Origin: Mobula hypostoma
Taxonomy: Eukaryota
Reading direction: 5' to 3'
Assembly: GCF_963921235.1 (NCBI RefSeq)
Contig: NC_086097.1
Location: forward strand, 121,708,001-121,772,000
Length of the DNA: 64,000 bases
In this document: positions 1-11,954 of the stretch, in pieces
Numbering within the stretch: position 1 is the stretch's first letter
How the letters are laid out: each line of letters opens with the position of its first letter
The notes under the pieces: generated by a model
The model's database searches: none
The model's input: only the letters and a program-made list of their open reading frames with translations
What the model was told of the DNA's origin: nothing
Made by a program: the position numbers and the translations under genes

Positions 1-490
1 ACAACAGTGCAAAGCAATACCGTAATTTGATAAAGAACAGATCATGGGCACGGTAAAAAGTCTCAGAGTCTCTCGAAAGTCCCATCATCTCACGCAGACA
101 GTGAACCTCCAGCACCACAAACTTGCTGATGCAGCATCCTGGAAGCATCCGACCACAGTCCGACTCCAAGTCCGTCCGAAAACTCTGAGCCTCCGACCAG
201 CTCTCCGACACCAAGCACCGAGCATCATCTCTGCCGAGCGCTTCGACCCCGACCCCAGCCCCGGCAATAGGCAAAGCCGAGGATTTGGGGCCTTCCCCTC
301 TGGAGATTCTCGATCGCACAGTAGCAGCTGCAGCGAAACGGCATTTCAGAAGTTTCTCCAGGTGTTCCTCCATGCTTCTCATGGCTGTCTCCATCAAATC
401 AGGATTGTGCACGGCACCCTAGTTAACACATATGATATCATTCGGAACAGCCGCACACACTGCGTCATGCCACCATCTTCTCCTCCCTCC
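1..490 (-). mobile_element. GC-rich 5' end/UTR fragment of a non-LTR retroelement (family unassigned)
   Basis: Minus strand begins GGGAGGGAGGAGAAGATGGTGGC, the AAGATGGC-like start typical of LINE 5' ends. CpG-rich with no recognisable protein. Runs off the window edge. Confidence 0.45.
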
Positions 491-519
491 CTTGTAAATG
501 TCTATAGCAAATACAGCTG

Positions 520-2140
520 ATCCTTGACCCTTGAAGGTGGAAGTGATAGGTGGATCCAGGTGAAGAGGGATGATGCGCTAATAGAGGAGGCAACAGGGTC
601 TGGGAGGTCATAGGTGGAGGCTACAAAGTTCTCCAGAGAATGGATTCAAGTAAGGGAGGTGGAGAAGGCAGACAGGAACAGTGCGCAAAGGAGACCTCGT
701 GGGAGGATTTGATGGGCAGATGGAGTGGATGGAGGAGGGGAGAGAAACAAAGTGATGAGGCACTGGCTGCAGGTGTGGGGTGAACTTGGTGGGTCAACAG
801 GTGAGGAATAAAAGAGGCGGGGTAAGCATTTTACTTGAAATTTCAGAATTCAATATTCTTAGAATTAAGTTGAAGACTTACCAGGTGGAATACGACAGGC
901 ATTTCCTCTAGTTTGCTTTTAGCCTCATCCTGGCAGTGGAGGAGGCAGAGGACAGGCGGGTCAGAGTGGAAGTGGGAGAGGGGAGTAGATTTAAGATGGT
1001 TAGCTACTGGGAGATCCAGGACTCTATAGGAGGTGAAGCTCAATACTTGGCAAAGTGGTCACCTAGTCTGTGCTTGGTCAAACCAATATAGATGAAGCCA
1101 CATGGAGAGCACTGAATGCAATACACAAGTGTGTGGAGGAGGTGCACATGGAAGGGTTGTTTCGGCCCTGAATGGTGGTGAGGGAGGAGGTGTAGGGACA
1201 GGCGCTGCGTCTCTTACAGTTACGAAGAAAAGTGCCTGGGGAAGGGGAGGGGCAAGCAAGCCAGGGAGTCTCGGGGAGAATGATCCCTGTGGGAAGCAAA
1301 GCGGGGAGAGCAAGGGAAGGTGTGAACGGATGCAGGGCCATGTTGTAGTTCATGAAAATGGCAAAGAATGGGGTGGTACAGTAGTGTAGTAGTTAGCACT
1401 AGGTTTTGCAGTACCAGTGGCCTGTGTTCAGTTCCTGCCCGATGCCTGTAAGGAGCCTCCCCCCACACGTGACCACACGGATTTCCTCCCACAGTCCAAA
1501 AGCATACCAGTTGGAAGGGTAATTGGCCATTGTAAATTGTCCCATGATTAGGCTAGGATTAATTCAGGGGTTGCTGGGTGGTGTAGCTCAGAGGGCCAGA
1601 AAGGACTACTCCATACTGCATCACAATAATAAAATTAAATTAAAATTAAAAACAGTGTGCTGGGTCTGTTGGCTGGTGGGTGAAAGGTAAGAATCAAGGG
1701 GACTCTATCCGTGCTCTGGCCTGGAGGAGGTGGACTAAGATCAGTTGAGAAGAGAGTGTCAGCCAGAGTCAGGGAAAAGTCCTGTTTTTAAAAGAAGAGG
1801 GACCTCTTGGATATCACAGAGTGGAAGGCCTCATCTTGAAAATAGATGCAGTGGAGACAGAAGCCGAGAGAAAGAAACGGCATCCTTGCAAGTGGCTGGT
1901 CGGGATGCGGTGCAGTATGGCTGACTGTGGGAGTGGGGGGGGGAGTAGATAATGCCTGTAGATTACTGCTATCCCAAGATGGAGACAGCAAAATTAAGAA
2001 AGGAGAAGAGGGTAGCAAATAAAATTAAATTGGCAAATTCAGGAACCACCACCAATGCAGTCATCAATGTAGCAGAGGAATAGCCAGGGTAGGTTTGGAA
2101 CAAAGACTGCTCCATGTAACCAAAGGAGTAGTTCATCACT
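520..2140 (-). mobile_element. Old degraded Penelope-like element (RT C-terminus and GIY-YIG region), interrupted by a SINE
   Basis: Minus-strand peptides PGTFLRNCKRRSACPYTSSLTTIQG and FQDEAFHS match the younger Penelope copies at 5.8-6.3 kb and 9.3-9.8 kb. Confidence 0.8.
1370..1652 (+). mobile_element. tRNA-derived V-SINE (HE1-like)
   Basis: tRNA-like head, V-core GATTTCCTCCCACAGTCCAAA...TAAATTGTCCC and an A-rich tail. Confidence 0.75.
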
Positions 2141-2459
2141 ATGGAAAATTGCCCAGGCTTGTCTGTATTTTCAATATTTAAATATTTTTTCTATAGTTGT
2201 AGGATAAGAAATTAGTTCACCTATGTGTCATTGGGTAGTACATTAATTAACACTGCTACCTAATAGCTTCAGGGCTAAACACAGGCTGGTTAGGATACCA
2301 CAACAGAGAACAGGAATTAATGGATCTTTCTGTGGTGGCTAGTTCTGCTTTCACTAATTATATCAATAATTTTATTAAACAAACTAAATATACTATTTGT
2401 CAGTTCACCAATAGCAGCACATACAGCACCAGCAATTACTGATCAGACTTCTCTTTCTC

Positions 2460-2690
2460 TACATTCTCCCTGTGACCGTGTGAGTTTCTTCCAGGTGCTC
2501 TGGTTTCCTCCTACATTCCAAAGACATACGGGTTAGGGTGGGTGGCGTGCATGCTATGTTGGTACCAGAAGCATGGCAAAACTTGTGGGCTGTCCCAGCA
2601 CATCTTCAGGCTGTGCTGGTTGTTGATGCAAATGACACATTTCACTGTATGTTTTGATGCACATGTGACAGATATAGCTGATCTTTTAAA
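2460..2690 (+). mobile_element. V-SINE fragment (core plus alternative tail)
   Basis: Core GGTGCTCTGGTTTCCTCC..CATTCCAAAGAC. Tail resembles copies near 37.8, 49.6, 50.6, 56.0 and 59.2 kb. Confidence 0.65.
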
Positions 2691-3094
2691 ACTGTGTAAG
2701 ATTGTGAGTAAGGAGGCGTTGGGCCCGGATGATTTTGCGATCCAAAGGTTCTTCTGAAATCAAAATTGAGGCATAAAACTTATTGCTTATAATTGTTTTA
2801 TTAAGTGTTACCACAGCAAAGAAGAGAAAAGAAGAAGCGTGGCAAGAGACATAGAGAAAAGGGAAAGAACAAAAAAGTGTGGAGCAGGGAAAGAGAAAGA
2901 ACAAAGGTGGACTGGTCTTTTTATAACATACTGTACCACTGATAACAGTAAATCTATTAAAATTCCAAAAGATAACAGTTAAACCATTAAATATCTAGAT
3001 TCAAGTAATGTGACACATGCCACTGAAATTCAGGTTTCCAGGAACAAGAGAGGCAACTGCAATCACTGAAACACTCACTGAACAATCAAGTGTA

Positions 3095-3609
3095 TACTTA
3101 GTTACCATTTTACTAGGTACATCTGTACACCTTGTTATTGCAAATATCTAATCAGTCTATCATGTGACGGCAACTCAGTGTATAAAAACATACAGACATG
3201 GTCAAAAGGCTTATTTATTGTTTAGACCAAACATCAGAATTGGACAGATATGTGACCTAAGTGACTTTGACCATGGAATGATTATTGGTGCCAGACAGGG
3301 TGGTTTGAGTATCTCAGAAACTGCTGATCTCCTGGGATTTTCATGCACAACATCCTCCAGAGCTTACAGAGAATGGTGCAAGAAACAAAAGATATCCAGT
3401 GAGCAGCGGTTCTGTGCACGAAAATACCTTGTTACTGAGAAAGATCAGAGGAGAATGGCCAGACTGGCTCAAGCTGACAGGAAGGTGGCAGTAACTCAAA
3501 TAACTATGTGTTACAACAGTGATGCACAGGCATCGATCCTTGAAGTGGATGGGCTATAGCAGCAGAAGATCACACACAATCAGTGACCATTTTATTAGGT
3601 ACATGATAC

Positions 3610-3611
<2 letters not shown>
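3095..3611 (+). mobile_element. Non-autonomous Tc1-like element with transposase N-terminal remnant
   Basis: Degenerate TIR after TA. ORF 3164-3559 contains IIGARQGGLSISETADLLGFS (Tc1 HTH). Same family as copies at 36.5, 38.0 and 52.1 kb. Confidence 0.85.
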
Positions 3612-3679
<68 letters not shown>

Positions 3680-3703
3680 TGAGTGTCTATATATATATAT
3701 ACT
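3612..3703. repeat. (TG)n/(TA)n microsatellite
   Basis: Directly visible. Confidence 0.98.
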
Positions 3704-3789
3704 CTAGATGATTATATAAAAACAAGCATAGGAACGTTAAACTACAAGAAAAATAACAATTCTACAGCCTAATCCAGCAGAAGATGGCA

Positions 3790-4532
3790 TGAGTCTCGGA
3801 GAAGGTTTAGGCGTGTTGAGTAAGTGGCCAAATGTATTGGAGATGGTTATAGCACAGAAATTTGGACTTACTCACTTTGGCAGGAAAAACAACAAGGAGC
3901 CAGTCCTGATGAATGGTCTTGCCCAAATCATTGAGTGTTTATTCATTTCAATAGATGATCCCTGATCTGCTGAGTTCCTCCAGCATTTTGCTGCAGAAAT
4001 ATCATGGTGGGAAATACTGATTTACAAAGTTACCCGAATGCCTTTTTCCAACATTTACTGAAAACAAATACGAAGATGCAGCAAAAAGGAGTGTTAGTTG
4101 GAAGAGCAAGGATGCCTTAAAATAATTACACACCACCTCAAATGGAGTATTGTGTGCAGTCCTTGTTTCCCTATCTGAGAAAGGATGCCCAATCCAAAGA
4201 GAGAATAGAACAAAACATTCCTGAGATTATGCAACCATCAGATGAGGAGAAAATGGGTGGACGAGGCTTGTATTTACCAGAGAAGATCTCATTGGAATTT
4301 TAACATGGCTTGACAGATTAAGATACAGAGAAGATCTTTCTCCTGGCAAGGGAGTCTAGAACATTTTCTCAGGATATGAAGTGCACCATGAATGGAGAAA
4401 TGGTCTCCACTCAGAGGATCATGATCCTGAACTTCCTACCAAGGTAGGTTGTTTACCCATATCGCTGAGTAGTTAGGTTTTTTGACACAAGAAGTACGAG
4501 GAGATATGGGAAGAGAGTAGGAATATGGTATT
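3790..4532 (+). mobile_element. Old CR1 LINE 3' fragment; its tail resumes at about 11692-11755
   Basis: Degenerate CR1 RT C-terminus (GAGTATTGTGTGCAG..., GATCTCATTGGAA). The CR1 3' motif AGCCATGATCATATTGA reappears just beyond the younger CR1. Confidence 0.65.
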
Positions 4533-5407
4533 AGAAACATAGAAAACCTACAGCACAATACAGGCCCTTCGGCCCACAAAGCTGTGCTGAACATGCCTCT
4601 TCCTTAGAACTACCTAGGCTTTACCCATAGCCTTCTATTTTCCTGAACTCCATGTGTCCATCCAGGAGTCTCTTAAAAGACCCTACTGTTTCTGCCTCCA
4701 CCACTGTCGCTGGCAGCCCATTCCACGCACTCACCACTCTCTGTGTAAAAAACCTTCCCCTGACATCTCTGTACCTGCTTCCAAGCTCCTTAAAACTGTG
4801 CCCTCTCCTGCTAACCATTTCAGCCCTGGGAAAAAGCCTCTAACTATCCATGCGATCAATGCCTGTCATTATCTTGTACACTTCTATCAGGTCACCTCTC
4901 AGCCTCCATCGCTCCAAGGAGAAAAGGCTGAGTTCACTCAAGCTATTCTCATAAGGCATGATTCCCAATCCAGGCAACATCCTTGTAAATCCCCTCTGCA
5001 CCCTTTCTATGGTTTCCATGTCCTTCCTGTAGTGAGTCGACCAGAATTGAGCACAGTACTCCAAGTGGGGTCTGGCCAGGGTCCTATATTGCTGCAACAT
5101 TTCCTCTTGGCTCCTAAACTCAATCCCATGATTGATGAAGGCCAACGCACCATATGCCTTCTTAACCACAGAGTCAACCTATGTAGCAGCTTTGAGTGTC
5201 CTATGGACTCGGACCCCAAGATCCCTCTGACCCTCCACACTGCCAAGAGTCTTCCCATTAATGCTATATTGTGCCATCATATTTGACCAACCAAAATGAA
5301 CCACCTCAAACTTATCTGGGTTGAACGCCATCTGCCATTTCTTAGTCACACACATCAAAGTTGCTGGTGGACGCAGCAGGCCAGGCAGCATCTCTAGGAA
5401 GAGGTAC

Positions 5408-5443
5408 AGTCAATGTTTTGGGCCGAGACCCTTCGTCAGGACT
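5408..5443 (-). ncRNA. Penelope minimal hammerhead ribozyme motif, core mutated
   Basis: AGTC-CTGACGA-AGGGTCTCGGCCC-AAAACATT-GACT. GAAA has become AAAA and CGTC has become CATT, consistent with CpG decay. Confidence 0.6.
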
Positions 5444-6743
5444 AACTGAAGGAAGAGCTAGTAAGAGATTTGAAAGGGGGAGGGGGAGATCCAAAATGAT
5501 AGGAGAAGACAGGAGGGGGAGGGATGGAGCCAAGAGCTGGACAGGTGATTGGCAAAAGGGATATGAGAGGATCATGGGACAGGAGGCCCAGGGAGAAGGA
5601 AAAGGGGAGGGGGAGAAAAAACCCAGAGGATGGGCAAGGGGTATAGTCAGAGGGACAGAGGGAGAAAAAGGAGAGAGAGAGAAGGAATGTGTGTATATAA
5701 AAAAATAACGGATGGAGTACGAGGGGGAGGTGGGGCATTAGCGGAAGTTAGAGAAGTCAGTGTTTATGCTGTCAGGTTGGAGGCTATAAGGTGTTGTTCC
5801 TCCAACCTGAGTGTGGCTTCATCTTTACAGTAGAGGAGGCCGTGGATAGACATATCAGAATGGGAATGGGATGTGGAATTAAAATGTGTGGCCACTGGGA
5901 GATCCTGCTTTCTCTGGTGGACAGAGCGTAGGTGTTCAGCAAAACGATCTCCCAGTCTGCGTCGGGTCTCACCAATATATAAAAGGCCACATCGGGAGGA
6001 CCGGACGCAGTATATCACCCCAGCCGACTCACAGGTGAAGTGTCGCCTCACCTGGAAGGACTGTTTGGGGCCCTGAATGGTGATGAGGGAGGAAGTGTAA
6101 GGGCATGTGTAGCACTTGTTTCGCTTACAAGGATAAGTGCCAGGAGGAAGATCAGTGGGGAGGGATGGGGGGGACGAATGGACAAGGGAGTCGCATAGGG
6201 AGCGCTCCCTATGGAATGCAGAGAGAGAGGGGGAGGGAAAGATGTGCTTAGTGGTGGGATCCCGTTGGAGGTGGCGGAAGTTACGGAGAATAATATGTTG
6301 GACTTGGAGGCTGGTGGGGTTGTACGTGAGGACTTTCCCACCTCTCACTGCTCCCCATCAGTAATTTCTTCGGCACTTCAACTTTTCTATTCCGTCTGGG
6401 TAGCCTGCAACCTGATGACATGAACATCGACTTCTCTAACTTCCGCTAATGCCCCACCTCCCTCTCGTACCCCATCCGTTATTTATTTATATACACACAT
6501 TCTTTCTCTCTCTCTCCTTTTTTCTCCCTCTGTCTCTCTCACTATACCCCTTGCCCATCCTCTGGGTTCTCCCCACCACTTTCCTTCTCCCTGGGCCTCC
6601 TGTCTCATGATCCTCTCATATCCCCTTTGCCAATCACCTGTCCAGCTCTTGGCTCCATCCCTCCCCCTCCTGTCTTCTCCTATCATTTTGTATCTCCCCT
6701 CCCCCTCCCACTTTCAAATCTCTTATTAGCTCTTCCTTCAGTT

Positions 6744-6779
6744 AGTCCTGATGAAGAGTCTCGGCCCGAAACGTCGACT
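6744..6779 (+). ncRNA. Penelope minimal type I hammerhead ribozyme motif
   Basis: AGTC-CTGATGA-AGAGTCTCGGCCC-GAAACGTC-GACT. Core intact, with one stem II mismatch. Confidence 0.75.
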
Positions 6780-8537
6780 GTACCTCTTCCTAGAGATGCT
6801 GCCTGGCCTGCTGCGTCCACGAGCAACTTTGATGTGTGTGGCTTGAATTTCCAGCATCTGCAGAATTCCTCGTGTTTACTGCCATTTCTTAGCCCAGTTT
6901 TGCATCCTTTCAACGTCCCATTGTAACCTCTGACAACCCTCCACACTATCCACAACACCCCCAACCTTTATGTCATCAGCAAATTTACTAACCCATCCCT
7001 CCACTTCCTCATCCAGGTCTTTTATAAAAATCACTTAGAGTAGGGGTCCCAGAACAGATCCCTGAGGCACACCACCGGTCACCAGCCTCCATGCAGGATA
7101 TGACCCATCTACAACCACTCTTTGCTTTCTGTGGGCAAGCCAGTTCTGGATCTACAAAGCAATGTCCCTTTGGATCCCATGCCTCCATACTTTCTCAATA
7201 AGCCTTGCAAGGGGTACCTTATCAAATGCCTTGCTGAAATCCATATACACTACATCTACGGCTCTACCTTCATCCATGTGCTTAGTTACATCCTCAAAAA
7301 ATTCAAATGACCTGCCTCTGACTAAGCCATGCTGACTATTCCTAATCACATAATGGCTCTCCAAATGTTCATAAATCCTGCCTCTCAGGATCTTCTCCAT
7401 CAACTTACTAACCACTGAAGTAAAACTCACTGGCCTATAATTTCCTGGGCTATCCCTACTCCCTTTCTTGAATAACGGAACAACATCTGCAACCCTCCAG
7501 TCCTCTGGAACTTCTCCCATCCTCATTGATGATGCAAAGATCATTGACAGAGGCTCAGCAATCTCCTCCCTTGCTTCCCACAGTAGCCTGGGCTACATCC
7601 CATCCGATCCCGGTGACTTATCCAACTTGATACTTTCCAAAAACTCCAGCATATCCTCTTCCTTAATATCCACATGTTCAAGCTTTACAGCCCACTGCAA
7701 GTCATCCCTACAATCACCAAGATCCTTTTCCATAGTGAATACTGACGGAAAGTATTCATTAAGAACCTCCGCTATTTCCTCCAGTTCCATACACACTTTT
7801 CCACTGACACACTTGATTGGTCCTATTCTCTCATGTCTTATCCTCTTGCTCTTCATATACTTGTGGAATGCCTTGGGGTTTTCATAAATCCTGTCTGCAA
7901 GGCCTTCTCATGGCCCCTTCTGGCTCTCCTAATTTCATTCTTAAGGTCTTTCCTGCTAGCCTTATAGTCTTTTAGATTCCTATCCTTACCTAGTATTTTG
8001 AACCTTTGGTAAGCTCTTCTTTTCTTCTTGACTAGATTTACAACAGCCTTTGTACACCACGGATCTTGTACCCTACCCTCCTTTCCATGTCTCATTGGAA
8101 CGTACCTATTTAGAACCCCACACAAATATCCCCTGAACATTTGCCACATTTCTTCAGTATGTTTCCTTGAGAACATCTGTTTCCAATTTATGCTTCCAAG
8201 TTTCTGCCTGATAGCCTCATATTTCCCCTTTCTCCAATTAAACGTTTCCCTAACTTGTCTGTTCCTATTGCTCTCCAATGCTATGGTAAAGGAGACAGAA
8301 TTATGTTCACTATCTCCAAAATGCTCTCCCACTGAGAGACCTGACACCTGACTAGGTTCATTTCTCAATATCAGATCAAGTACAGCCTCTCCTCTTGTAG
8401 GCTCATCTACATATTGTGTCAAGAAACCTTCCTGAACACCTAACAAACTCTACCCCATCTAAAACCCTCACTCTAGGGAGATGCCAATCAATATTTGGGA
8501 AATTAAAATCTCCCACCACAACAACCCTGTTATTATT

Positions 8538-10481
8538 GTAAACACGAGGAATTCTGTCCTGGTAGACCTATTGTCTCAGCTTGCTCCTGCCCCACCGAAC
8601 TCGTTTCTGCATACCTCGACACAGTTTTATTCCCCCACCCCGTTCAATCCCTTCCTACCTATGTTCGTGACACTTCTCACGCTGTTAAACTTTAAAATGA
8701 TTTTAAGTTCCCTGGCCCCCACTGCTTTATTTTCACCATGAATGTCCAGTCCCTATATACTCCATCCCCCATCAGAAAGGTCTCAAAGCTCTCCACTTCT
8801 TTTTGGATTCCAGACCTAATCAGTTCCCCTCTAGCACCACTCTGCTCTGTCTAGCGGAATTAGTCCTTACTCTTAATAATTTCTCCTTTGGCTCCTCCCA
8901 CTTCCTCCAAACTAAAGGTGTAGCTATGGGCACCCGTATGGGTCCTAGCTATGCCTGCCTTTTTGTTGGCTTTGTGGAACAATCTATGTTCCAAACCTAT
9001 TCTGGTATCTGTCCCCCACTTTTCCTTTGCTACATCGACGACTGCATTGGCGCTGCTTCCTGTACGCATGCTGAGCTTGTTGACTTCATTAACTTTGCCT
9101 CCAACTTTCACCCTGCCCTCAAGTTTACCTGGTCCATTTCCGACACCTCCCTCCCCTTTCTAGATCTTTCTGTCTCTGGAAACAGCTTATCTACTGATGT
9201 CTACTATAAGCCTACTAACTCTCACAGCTATCTGGACTATTCCTCTTCTCACCCTGTCTCTTGCAAAAATGCCATCCCCTTCTCACAATTCCTCCGTCTC
9301 CCCGCCGCATCTGCTCTCAGGATGAGGCTTTTCATTCCAGGACAAGGGAGATGTCCTCCTTTTTCAAAGAAAGGGGCTTCCCTTCCTCCACCATCAACTC
9401 CGCTCTCAAACGCATCTCCCCCATTTCACACACATCTGCTCTCACCCCATCCTCCCATCACTCCACTAGGAATAGGGTTCCCCTGGTCCTCACCTACCAC
9501 ACCACCAGCCTCCGGGTCCAACATATTATTCTCCGTAACTTCCGCCACCTCCAACAGGATCCAACCACTAAGCACATCTTTCTCTACCCCCCTCTCTCTG
9601 CTTTCTGCAGGAATCGCTCCCTACGCGACTCCCTTGTCCATTCGTGCCCCCCATCCCTCCCCACTGATCTCCCTCCTGGCACTTATCCTTGTAAGTGGAA
9701 CAAGTGCTACACATGCCCTTACACTTCCTCCCTTACCACCATTCAGGGCCCCAGACAGTCCTTCCAGGTGAGGCGACACTTCACCTGTGAGCCGGCTGGG
9801 GTGATATACTGCGTCCGGTGCTCCTGATGTGGCCTTCTATATATTGACGAGACCAATGCAGACTGGGAGATCGTTTTGCTGAACACCTACACTCTGTCCA
9901 CCAGAGAAAGCAGGATCTCCCAGTGGCCACACATTTTAATTTTAATTCCACATCCCATTCCCATTCTGACATGTCTATCCACGGCCTCCTCTACTGTAAA
10001 GATGAAGCCACACTCAGATTGGAGGAACAACACCTTATATTCCGTCTGGGTAGCCTCCAACCTGATGGCATGAACATTAACTTCTTTAACTTCCGCTAAT
10101 GCCCCATGTCCCCCTCGTACCCCATCCGTTATTTATTTATGTACACACATTCTTTCTCTCACTCTCCTTTTTCTCCCTCTGTCCCTCTGACTATACCCCT
10201 TGCCCATCCTCTGGGTTTTTCCCCCCTCCCCCTTTTCCTTCTCCCTGGGCCTCCTGTTCCATGATCCTCTCATATCCCTTTTGTCAATCACCTGTCCAGC
10301 TCTTGGCTCCATCCCTCCCCCTCCTGTCTTCTCCTATCATTTTGGATCTCCCCCTTCCCCTCCCACTTTCAAATCCCTTACTCACTCTTCCTTCAGTTAG
10401 TCCTGATGAAGGGTCTCGGCCCGAAACGTCGACTGTACCCCTTCCTAGAGATGCTGCGTTCACCAGCAACTTTGATGTGTG
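8538..10481 (+). mobile_element. Penelope-like insertion 2 (RT, GIY-YIG and terminal repeat), frameshifted
   Basis: PLE RT motifs GVAMGTRMGPSYA and YIDD (ORF 8803-9771) followed by GIY-YIG. 15-bp TSD AACCCTGTTATTATT at 8523-8537 and 10482-10496. Confidence 0.95.
10399..10434 (+). ncRNA. Penelope minimal type I hammerhead ribozyme motif (intact)
   Basis: Stem I AGTC/GACT, core CTGATGA, stem II GGG-TCTCGG-CCC, GAAA, palindromic ACGT in place of stem III. Predicted GUC cleavage after 10430. Confidence 0.85.
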
Positions 10482-11954
10482 AACCCTGTTATTATTACCT
10501 CTTTCGAGACTCTGTCTCCCTATCTGCTCCTCGATGTCCTTGTTACTATTGGGTGGTCTATAAAAAACACCCAGTAAAGTTATTGACCCTTTCCTATTCC
10601 TAACTTCCACCCACAGAATTTTCCGTAGACAACCCCTCCATGACTTCCTCCTTTTCTGCAACCGTGACACTATCTCTGATCAGCACTGCCACGCCCCCAC
10701 CTCTTTTGCCTCCCTCTGTGTCCTTTTTGAAACATCTAAAGCCTGGCACTTGAAGTAGTGATTCCTGCCCCTGAACCATCCAATTCTCTGTAATGGCCAC
10801 AACATCATAGCTGCAGGTGCTGATCCACACTCTAAGCTCATCCGCTTTATTCATAATACTCATCGCATTAAAATAGACACATCTCAAACCATCGGTCTGA
10901 GCGTGTCCCTTCTTTATCACCTGCCTATCCTCCCTTTCACACTGTCTCGAAGCTTTCTCTATTTGTCAGCCAACCTCCCTTTCCTCCGTCACTTCAATTT
11001 GGTTCCCACCCCCCAGCAATTCTAGTTTAAACTCTCCCCAGTAGCCTTAGCAAACCTCCTTGGTCCCCTTGGATTCAAGTGCAACCCGGCCTTCTTGTAC
11101 ACTTGCCTCAGAAGAGGTCCCAATGATCTAGAAATCTGAATCCCTGCCCCCTGCTCCAATCCCTCAGCCACGCATTTATCCTCCATCTCATTCTATTCCT
11201 ATAATCACTGTCACATGGCACGGCAGTAGTCCCAAGATTACTACCTTTGAGGTCCTGCTTTTCAAATTCTTTCCTAAATCCCTGTAGTCTGTTTTCAGGA
11301 CCTCCTCCCTTTTCCTACCTATGTCATTGGTACCAATATGTACCATGACCTCTGGCTGTTCTCCTTCCCACTTCAAGATATCGTGGACGCAATCAGAAAC
11401 ATCCTGGATTCTGGCACCTGGGAGGCAAACTACCATCCACGTTTCTTTCTGCGTCCACAGAATTGCCTATCTGACGCCCTAACTATAGAGTCCCCTATCA
11501 CTGCTGCCATCCTCTTCCTTTCCCTACCCTTCTGAGCCACAGGGCCAGACTCTGTGCCAGAGGCGCGACCACTGTTGCTTCCCTCAAGTAGGCCGTTTCC
11601 CGCCCCCCCCCCCACCAATAGTACTCAAGCAGGAATACTTATTGTTAAGGGGGACAGCCACTGGACTACTCTCTAGCACCTGTTTCTTGTCCTGATTAGC
11701 CATGTATTGATTAGCCATGATCATTCTTATATTGATTAGCCATGATCATATTGAAAAACATTGTGAGCACGCAGGGTCAAATAATTTATTTGTGGTCTTA
11801 ATTTTCAGTTTCCAAAATGTTTCAGTTAGGTAGTTTATTTCATTTTAATAGGTTTTGGTTGTTTCTGGATGTCAGCAGTGTTAAGTAACCTTGGCAGATA
11901 GGTATACTTGGGCTGTGCCTTCACGAAATCCAAGTGAATGTCTTTCTCTAGAAC

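Larger units (their letters stand above)
5346..6878 (-). mobile_element. Penelope-like insertion 1: 5'-truncated minus-strand copy (about 5348-6335) plus an inverted terminal copy (about 6385-6878)
   Basis: GIY-YIG endonuclease (GVIYCVR...LYIGET.RRL..RF.EH) in ORF 5764-6348. TSD CTGCCATTTCTTAG at 5332-5345 and 6879-6892. Confidence 0.95.
4533..11690 (-). mobile_element. Near full-length CR1 (HER1-like) LINE, disrupted, containing two nested Penelope insertions
   Basis: ORF1 SGNH-esterase motifs (VIGDSIVR, HIGTNDIG; 11188-11618), APE (CVYFNA, VAITE, YRPPNS), RT (YMDFSKAFDKVP) and C-terminus (RPHLEYC, RGDLIEVYK). TTCTATGTTTCTA 3' tail at 4533. Confidence 0.95.

Noticed and set aside
44..520. 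158-aa ORF as a host gene
   Set aside because: Lies antisense to a GC-rich repeat 5' end and shows no domain signature.
1370..1445. tRNA-like sequence (also at other SINE heads)
   Set aside because: Degenerate SINE head attached to a V-core, with no intact cloverleaf.
3519..3707. Cys/Val-repeat ORF
   Set aside because: Translation of the (TG)n microsatellite.
4654..5286. 210-aa plus-strand ORF and similar antisense ORFs (7468, 24527, 48312, 63464)
   Set aside because: Antisense shadows of CR1, HERO or gag coding sequence with no independent motifs.
8803..9827. RT plus nuclease as a retron or defence-type system
   Set aside because: Motifs, TSD and hammerhead identify an ordinary frameshifted Penelope-like element.
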